From NCBI GenBank assembly GCA_016748015.1, contig JAAOMT010000697.1:1011152-1075151 (forward strand): a stretch of 64,000 nt of DNA. The letters are read 5' to 3'. Below the pieces are notes generated by a model. The model saw only the letters and a program-made list of their open reading frames with translations, was not told the DNA's origin and did not search any database. This document shows, piece by piece, positions 63,310-64,000 of the stretch (positions are counted from its first letter, which is position 1; every line of letters begins with the position of its first letter). The stretch comes from Geosiphon pyriformis uo1. Its lineage: Eukaryota > Fungi > Glomeromycota. A program made the position numbers and the translations under genes.

Positions 63310-64000
63310 AATAAATCGGGGGAAAAAAAAATCAACTTTCAAAACTCATTTTTGCAATGTATTGGCAAAATGATTCACACAATAACTCTTACTATCATCT
63401 TCATCTTCATTGTCATGAATAGCATCATTAACATCAACATTAACTTTTAAATATCCTTATGTAAACCTAATTATTAAGCAAAAAATTTTGGATTTGGATT
63501 CTCTATCCCATTATACCATCCAAGTCAAGTCTGTATGTAAAGCAAATAATTCTCCTATAAGCCTAAAGTTATTTTAATAGCTTAGTTGTTCTTTTCTAAA
63601 ACAGCAACAACATATTTGTTTTACTCAGTTTCTCCCATTTTTCTTTCCTACTTCTAAAATTTCCTTGAGTTTCGTTGGCTATTAAACCGCGTTTTTCATC
63701 CCCCAAATCAACTTGTTCTCCCATCATCGAAAAATGAATTTTTATAATCTTTATTTTTCTATTTTCCCATTTCCTCATGTTCTCATTTGACATCGGGATT
63801 TCACCAGGATTGATTATGTTTCTCTCTTTATATATATAGATATTATGTATAATCTTCAATCACGACTTCCCGTTTTTTCTTATCATAGACTTTTCCTTAA
63901 TTAAAAATGTCTGATGAGTTCGTGAAAAACAACTGGGGCTAAACTTTTTGAATCAAAAAGCCACCAATCTACCCAATATTTTCGTTTTGTTAAATTCCTT

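Overview
This is eukaryotic, fungal-type DNA. An early-diverging Mucoromycota/Glomeromycotina-like genome is my inference from gene style and TE content. The window has two compartments. Positions 1-~50,090 are a nested pile of dead retroelements, all riddled with C->T/G->A changes. It holds three Ty3/Gypsy elements: a complete 10-kb copy at 33832-43863 with a GCAG TSD, a 3' half at 1-4901 and a 5' half at 4902-10443. Their layout is gag-PR-Cys-rich domain-dUTPase-RT-RH-IN plus an extra non-env ORF3. It also holds three solo LTRs with 4-bp TSDs and four copies of an APE-RT-RNaseH LINE, separated by ultra-AT-rich deserts. At least one desert is a mutation-saturated LTR relic. Positions ~50,090-64,000 are a CpG-retaining gene island with a USP-domain gene, purine nucleoside phosphorylase, an intronless Cu-transporting P1B ATPase (CCC2-like) and a group I G-alpha. 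At the boundary is the most notable item: a fragmented prokaryote-type IS607 element, with a serine-recombinase TnpA motif (YARVSSAKQK-DLERQ) followed by a Fanzor2/TnpB RuvC-I and bridge-helix relic.
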